Source of the DNA: Opitutus sp. GAS368
GTDB taxonomy: Bacteria; Verrucomicrobiota; Verrucomicrobiia; Opitutales; Opitutaceae
Direction of reading: 5' to 3'
DNA: 64,000 bases
Assembly (NCBI GenBank): GCA_945903415.1
Contig: CAMDOD010000002.1
Coordinates: 474 to 64,473, forward strand
Position 1 is the stretch's first letter; every line of letters begins with the position of its first letter. Below, one piece after another: positions 59,136 to 64,000 of the stretch. The notes below the pieces were generated by a model. The model was given only the letters and a program-made list of their open reading frames with translations, did not search any database and was not told the DNA's origin. The position numbers were made by a program, and so were the translations under genes.

Positions 59136-59371
59136 GGCGCGAGAGTGGGAAGGCGATGCGCGTCGGCAATGCCGAATTACGGCCTCAACTATTCTTCTCC
59201 CCGTGATAACACAGCCAGCACATTAGCAGGACAATGACGGAAAAAATCGCGATCAGGATCATGGACAGCGGCCGGGGTGGGGAAGAAAGACCGTCGTCAA
59301 CCAATCGCGCGAGGTGGGTTTAGCCAGCCCTAATTTCAGCCGGGAAATTTCTGTCCGTCTCCAAGCAAAGG

Positions 59372-60607
59372 ATGCGAATTTCCTTCGCCCCCGGCGCCGG
59401 GCGGCTCAAACGTGGAGCACTGGTGTCACCGGTCATTCCCACCATCGCCCATCTCGACGCGGACGCGTTCTTTGTCTCCTGCGAACTGGCGCTCCGGCCG
59501 GAGTTGCGCGGAACGAAGTGCGCCGTGGGCGGGGGCGATCGCGGCATCATTTCCTCGGCCAGTTACGAGGCGCGGGCGTGCGGGGTCTACACGCCCATGC
59601 CGACCCAGCGGGCGCTGAAGGTGTGTCCGGATCTAATCATGCTGCCGCCCACGTCCGGACTGTATGGCAAGGTCTCGCATCGGATGTTCGAACTCTGCGA
59701 GACGATCACGCCGCTGGTGCAGCGCAACTCGATCGATGAGGGCTATCTCGAACTCGGGCCCTGCGGGTTTGGGACGAGCCGCGAGGTGGCGGAGCGACTG
59801 CGGCACCTGCAAACGCGGCTCTGGGACGAGTTGCAGATTCCCGTCTCGTTCGGCCTGGCGGTGAACAAGCTCGTATCGCAGATCGCGTCGAAGCTGCGCA
59901 AGCCCCGCGGTTTCGTGGTGGTGGAGCCGGGCACGGAAGAGGCGTTTTTGGCGCCGCTGCCGATTGGCAAGCTGCCCGGAATTGGCCCGAAGACCGAGGC
60001 CACTCTGGTGACGCAACACGGGCTGAAGCGAATTGGCGATATCGTGGCCCGCTCGGAGCGCGAACTCCGGATGATTTTCGGCGACGGCTGGGCGGAGATG
60101 CGCGCCACCGCGCAGGGCATCGATGCGCGGCCGGTCGAGACCGGGCACGACGACGCCAAAAGTTACTCGCAGCAGGAGACGTTCGGGACGGACATTGCGG
60201 ACTTCGCGGAAGTCGAGCGGATCGCGAAGCGGATGGTGGATGAGTTAATGTCGAAGATCCGCGGCGACGGAAAACGGGTTCGAACCCTCACGGTCAAGGT
60301 GCGCTATCCGGACTTTGCGCAAGAGTCGCATGGGCGCAGCCTGGCCGAGGCCACGGATCTCGAGGCGCCGTTCTATCCGCTCATTGCGCTGTTGTTGCGC
60401 GCCGCCTGGCAGCAGCGCCGCCCGCTGCGGCTGATTAGCGTCCGCTTTTCTAATGTGGATGACGGCGGGCGGCAGTTGGAGATGTTTGCGCAGACTGAGG
60501 AGAAGCGCCGCCGGCTCGCGGCCGTCGTCGATCGACTCAATGAACGCCCGGGCGATGCCGTCGTTCGCCATGGTCACCAGCTTGCCAGGAAACGACCGGG
60601 GGCCTAG
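59372..60607 (+). CDS. dinB: DNA polymerase IV (Y-family)
   Basis: IAHLDADAFFVSCE, SASYEARACGV, IDEGYLEL, LPIGKLPGIGPKT. The true start may be GTG 59423. Confidence 0.9.
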   Translation: MRISFAPGAGRLKRGALVSPVIPTIAHLDADAFFVSCELALRPELRGTKCAVGGGDRGIISSASYEARACGVYTPMPTQRALKVCPDLIMLPPTSGLYGKVSHRMFELCETITPLVQRNSIDEGYLELGPCGFGTSREVAERLRHLQTRLWDELQIPVSFGLAVNKLVSQIASKLRKPRGFVVVEPGTEEAFLAPLPIGKLPGIGPKTEATLVTQHGLKRIGDIVARSERELRMIFGDGWAEMRATAQGIDARPVETGHDDAKSYSQQETFGTDIADFAEVERIAKRMVDELMSKIRGDGKRVRTLTVKVRYPDFAQESHGRSLAEATDLEAPFYPLIALLLRAAWQQRRPLRLISVRFSNVDDGGRQLEMFAQTEEKRRRLAAVVDRLNERPGDAVVRHGHQLARKRPGA

Positions 60608-60623
60608 TTCCGATTCATCCGTC

Positions 60624-61172
60624 ATGCCGATCTACGAGTATCACTGCCCGGATAATCACACGGTCTACCAGTTCTACGCCAAGACGCTGGCCCAAGGACG
60701 GACCATTCCGCGGTGTCCGGATGACCCCAAGTATCGCATGGAGAGAATGATTTCGACGTTCGCGATCGCCTCGGGCGGGAAGAGCGAGCCGGAATCCGCC
60801 GCCGGACCGGAAGCAGCCGATGCGAGCGGGGATGCCCGGATGGAAGTGGCGATGGGTGCGATGGAAAAGGAGTTCTCCAGCGTCGATGAAAACGATCCCA
60901 AGGCGATGGCCCGGATGATGCGCAAGATGTCCGAACTGACCGGCGAGACCATCGACGGTGAAATGGAGGAGGTCGTGCGCAAGCTCGAGGAGGGCGCGGA
61001 TCCGGAGTCGCTCGAGGAACAACTGGGCCCCGGGGACGAAGCCGGCGAGCCGCCCGGAGGCGAAATGGGCGACGGCCCGGCGCTCGAGCCGACGGCGAAG
61101 GAGTCGCGCCACCGGTTTCGCGCCCGGCGACCGACGCCGCGCCGGGATCCGAAGCTGTACGACTACGAGTAA
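60624..61172 (+). CDS. FmdB-family zinc-ribbon protein with a long acidic tail
   Basis: MPIYEYHCP-x23-IPRCP is the CxxC_CxxC_SSSS-type N-terminus. It is followed by a Glu/Asp-rich segment and a basic C-terminus. It starts 17 nt after the dinB stop. Confidence 0.7.
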   Translation: MPIYEYHCPDNHTVYQFYAKTLAQGRTIPRCPDDPKYRMERMISTFAIASGGKSEPESAAGPEAADASGDARMEVAMGAMEKEFSSVDENDPKAMARMMRKMSELTGETIDGEMEEVVRKLEEGADPESLEEQLGPGDEAGEPPGGEMGDGPALEPTAKESRHRFRARRPTPRRDPKLYDYE

Positions 61173-61231
61173 GCGGGCGGCCGGCAGTTCCGTGCTTGGA
61201 AATCCACGTCTTCAACCTACGTTGACGGCGC

Positions 61232-62029
61232 ATGTCCTCACCTGACGTTCAGAACCGCATCGCCGCCGCCAAGCGTGCTGTGCTCGCCCAAACCGACCGG
61301 TTGCATCGCGAATTTGGGCGCGTGGAAAGCAAGTGGAAGGCGGATGAAAGCCGGGTGACCGCCGCCGACATCGCCATCTCGGAGGGCATCGTGGCCGCGC
61401 TGGCGGCAGAGTTTCCCACGGATCAATTCTTCAGCGAGGAGCTGAGCGGGGCCGACGCACCCATTCCGGTGCACGCTCGCTTTTCATGGGTCCTCGATCC
61501 GATCGATGGCACGAACAACTTCGCACTCGGGATTCCGCACTGCGCTATCAGCCTCGCGCTGTGCGAGGGTGGGGAACCGATCTACGGAGTGGTCTACGAT
61601 CTCAGCCGGCGCACCCTGATGCACGGCGGGCCGGGCTTCGGGGCCTTCGATGGCGACAAGCCGATGCAGGTCAGCACCGGGGCCTTCACCCGCGAAACGC
61701 TCGTGGGTTTCCACAGTCCGTTCGAGAAGACCCTCGTGCCGAATGCCAGTGGCGTGATTTCCAAGTTCAAGATTCGCGGACTCGGCAGCGCGACGCTGCA
61801 CCTGGCGTACGTGGCGGCGGGAATCCTGGATGGGTGCGTGGATTTCAACGTGAAGATCTGGGACCTCGCGGCCGCCATCCCGCTCGTGCGGGCGGCCGGT
61901 GGCGAAGTCCATTTCCTCAACGGACCGCAACTGCCGCTGCGGCAGTTCGACCTGAAGATGGGCCGCATCGTCTATGCCGCGGGCAGTCCCGCCATGGTCG
62001 CCGAGCTGCGCCGCCTCATGGAGCTCTAG
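61232..62029 (+). CDS. Inositol monophosphatase family protein (SuhB-like)
   Basis: FFSEE (metal-binding Glu), WVLDPIDGTNNF, and a C-terminal WDLAAA motif. Confidence 0.85.
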   Translation: MSSPDVQNRIAAAKRAVLAQTDRLHREFGRVESKWKADESRVTAADIAISEGIVAALAAEFPTDQFFSEELSGADAPIPVHARFSWVLDPIDGTNNFALGIPHCAISLALCEGGEPIYGVVYDLSRRTLMHGGPGFGAFDGDKPMQVSTGAFTRETLVGFHSPFEKTLVPNASGVISKFKIRGLGSATLHLAYVAAGILDGCVDFNVKIWDLAAAIPLVRAAGGEVHFLNGPQLPLRQFDLKMGRIVYAAGSPAMVAELRRLMEL

Positions 62030-62069
62030 TCCGGATATTTCACGACCCCATGATAAGGTCCAACACGCT

Positions 62070-62134
62070 GTAGCAGCCGGTACGAGTGGCGCCGGTCTCT
62101 GACCGGCGTCCCGCCAGTCGGAGACTGGCGCTAC
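62070..62134. repeat. REP family 3, copy G
   Basis: gtagcagccggtacgagtg-gcgccggtctctgaccggcg-tcccgccagtcg-gagactggcgctac. Both ends match copy F (24783-24857). Confidence 0.65.
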
Positions 62135-62298
62135 GGGCGGCAATCGCGTGCGGGGCTGTGATTAGCGTGGGAAAACAGTCCCCTCGCGCACGACAACAGA
62201 TTGAACCGTGCGCTCCGCGCCCGGCTTCGGCGGCGCGCGCAGCGCACCGCCCAGCAATAGAATTTGCGAGCCGCTGCCATTCCCGCGACTATTGCGAC

Positions 62299-64000
62299 AT
62301 GGATACGCCGAGGCATCCCGTGGGGACTTGGACCGAGCAACTCGTGGAGTTCCTCCGCACCCAGCCGGCGGTGAGCGCAGTCCGCATCGATCCGACCGCG
62401 CAGCGCCTCGAGGTGGCGACGATTGGCCATGTCGCGCTCGACGGCTTGGAGGATAAACTCGCCGAGACGATCGCCGCCATCGAGGCCGAACTCGCCTCGA
62501 AGGCGGCCGGGACCGTTCCGTTGGGGTATTCACTGCGCCGGGAAGGGGACGCGACCGTGGTCGGACGCGATTCGTGCAGCACCGCCGAGAAGATGTGGCT
62601 GTGGCGCGAGATGGAGTGGCCGGAGATCAAGGCCGAGCCAAAGCCCGAGGATCAGGAGTGGCGCTTCCTCGCCCTCATGGCCGCGATCTGCGGCGCGTCC
62701 GGCCTCATGGGCGTCGTGGCTGGCTATCTGGCGCCGGGAGTTCCTTGGGTGCCGAAGCTGTTCTTCCTGATCGGACTCGTGACCGGCGGGTGGGATGCGG
62801 CGATCGACACGGGCAAGAGCCTTCGCAAGGGCGATGTGGACATCCACTTTCTCATGCTCTCCGTCGCCATTGGAGCCATGTTCATCGATGCTTGGGGCGA
62901 GGCCGTGTTGTTGCTCTTTCTGTTCTCCGCCTCCGGGGCGATGGAGGAATACGCGCTCGACCGTACCCAGCGCGAGGTGAGTGCGTTGCTCAAGAGTTCG
63001 CCGAAGCGCGCCACCATCGTGCTCGCCGACGGCAGTGAGAGCGAAATCGCGGTCGAGGAACTCCAGTTGCGCCATCGCGTGCGGGTGAAGCCGGGCGAGG
63101 CGTTCGCCGCCGATGGCGTCGTCCTGGACGGCAAGAGCGCCAGTGACGAATCCACCCTCACGGGCGAGGCCGCCCCCGTCGAGAAGTCGAAGGGCGATCA
63201 GGTCTTTAGCGGCACGATCAACCTCTGGGGCATCGTGGACTACGATGTCGCCCGCCTGCCCTCGGAAAGCACGCTGCAAAAGATCATCCGGCTCATCCAG
63301 ACGGCGCAGAAACTCAAGGCCCCGAGCGAACGCTTCACGGATCGTTTCGGCACCGGTTACACCTACGCCGTCATCGGCGGTTCCACGCTGATGTTTCTCG
63401 TCTGGTGGCAGGGCTTCAATCTGCCGGCCTTCGTGAACACGCCGGAAACGCGTTCGGCCTTCTATCGCGCGATGACCTTGATGGTCGTGGCCAGCCCGTG
63501 CGCGCTGGTGCTCTCGATCCCGTCGGCCATCCTCGCCGCCATCGCGTGGGGTGCGCGGCATGGGGTGCTGTTTCGCGGTGGCGCCGCCATTGAAAAACTC
63601 GCGGACATCGGCGTCGTGGCTCTGGACAAAACCGGGACGCTTACCACCGGGGAACTCAACGTGGTGATCGCCGAGAGCTATCCGCACGGCCGCGAGCGCG
63701 AGGTCCTCGAACTCGCCTACGCGCTCGAATCGAAGTCCCAGCACCCGATCGCGCGGGCGATTGTCCGGCATGCCCGGGCCAATGGCGTCGCCGAACTCGC
63801 CGTCGCGGAATTTCAATCGCTCACCGGGCAGGGGCTGCGCGGCACGATCGACGGCGCGACTCTCCTGCTCGGACGGCGCGAACTCCTGGAAAGCGGTCCG
63901 CTCGCCGAGTGGGCGAAAAAGCTTCCGGCCGCTTCGGCTGAACTAAGCGAGGTCTGGGTGATCGGCCGGGGCCTGGTCGGGCGTATCCTGCTCAAGGATC
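62299..64000 (+). CDS. Heavy-metal-translocating P1B-type ATPase with an SPC motif; 3' end lies outside the window
   Basis: This frame is absent from the ORF track because it has no stop inside the window. My translation from ATG 62299 gives ...SDESTLTGEAAPVEK..., MVVASPCALVLS (SPC in TM6) and VVALDKTGTLTTG (phosphorylation site). It is still open at 64000. Confidence 0.9.
   Translation, partial: MDTPRHPVGTWTEQLVEFLRTQPAVSAVRIDPTAQRLEVATIGHVALDGLEDKLAETIAAIEAELASKAAGTVPLGYSLRREGDATVVGRDSCSTAEKMWLWREMEWPEIKAEPKPEDQEWRFLALMAAICGASGLMGVVAGYLAPGVPWVPKLFFLIGLVTGGWDAAIDTGKSLRKGDVDIHFLMLSVAIGAMFIDAWGEAVLLLFLFSASGAMEEYALDRTQREVSALLKSSPKRATIVLADGSESEIAVEELQLRHRVRVKPGEAFAADGVVLDGKSASDESTLTGEAAPVEKSKGDQVFSGTINLWGIVDYDVARLPSESTLQKIIRLIQTAQKLKAPSERFTDRFGTGYTYAVIGGSTLMFLVWWQGFNLPAFVNTPETRSAFYRAMTLMVVASPCALVLSIPSAILAAIAWGARHGVLFRGGAAIEKLADIGVVALDKTGTLTTGELNVVIAESYPHGREREVLELAYALESKSQHPIARAIVRHARANGVAELAVAEFQSLTGQGLRGTIDGATLLLGRRELLESGPLAEWAKKLPAASAELSEVWVIGRGLVGRILLKD

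Noticed and set aside
60276-60287. gggttcgaaccc, a tRNA T-arm-like palindrome
   Set aside because: It lies inside the dinB coding frame (KRVRTL). There is no acceptor, D or anticodon arm around it. I found no tRNA genes anywhere in the window.
62530-63816. 428-aa minus-strand ORF
   Set aside because: It is antisense to the P1B-ATPase frame, which shows TGEA, SPC and DKTGT motifs. It has shadow-ORF composition.

Overview
This is a high-GC chromosomal segment. It is probably from a PVC-superphylum bacterium (Verrucomicrobiota/Opitutales-like), an inference from the repeated DUF1592-family/DUF1552 gene pairs and overall gene content. I ran no database search. All product calls rest on motifs I recognise in the translated ORFs.

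Most of the window is tightly packed housekeeping genes: fba, topB-like, lpxK, add, rluD, rsmI, ppx, pgi, ilvD, scpB, pheA, rplU-rpmA, uvrA, yebC, dinB, an IMPase and a P1B-ATPase that runs off the 3' end. I saw no rRNA, tRNA, CRISPR array, transposase, integrase or phage genes.

Observations worth a second look:
1. Two about 120-bp AT-rich palindromic elements built from TCAAT heptads bracket a vapBC toxin-antitoxin cassette (2706-3731). Their arms are conserved and their centres are unrelated.
2. Two divergently arranged three-gene operons (haem-motif DUF1592-family protein, Tat-signal DUF1552/HxxSHH protein, then a different secreted third gene) lie at 8840-19093. A third paralogue without a partner sits at the window start.
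3. A tight DUF1302 / DUF1329 / Ycf48-like beta-propeller / RND-MMPL envelope operon (48334-55104) runs on into an AI-2E permease and a zinc-ribbon membrane protein.
4. At least three families of GTAG-anchored REP/REPIN-like palindromes fill the intergenic regions, with no RAYT-type transposase in the window.
5. Two gene relics sit at convergent junctions: a response-regulator N-terminus and a 3-methyladenine glycosylase N-terminus.

Many long ORFs in the six-frame track are antisense shadows of real genes, as expected at this GC content, and were rejected.
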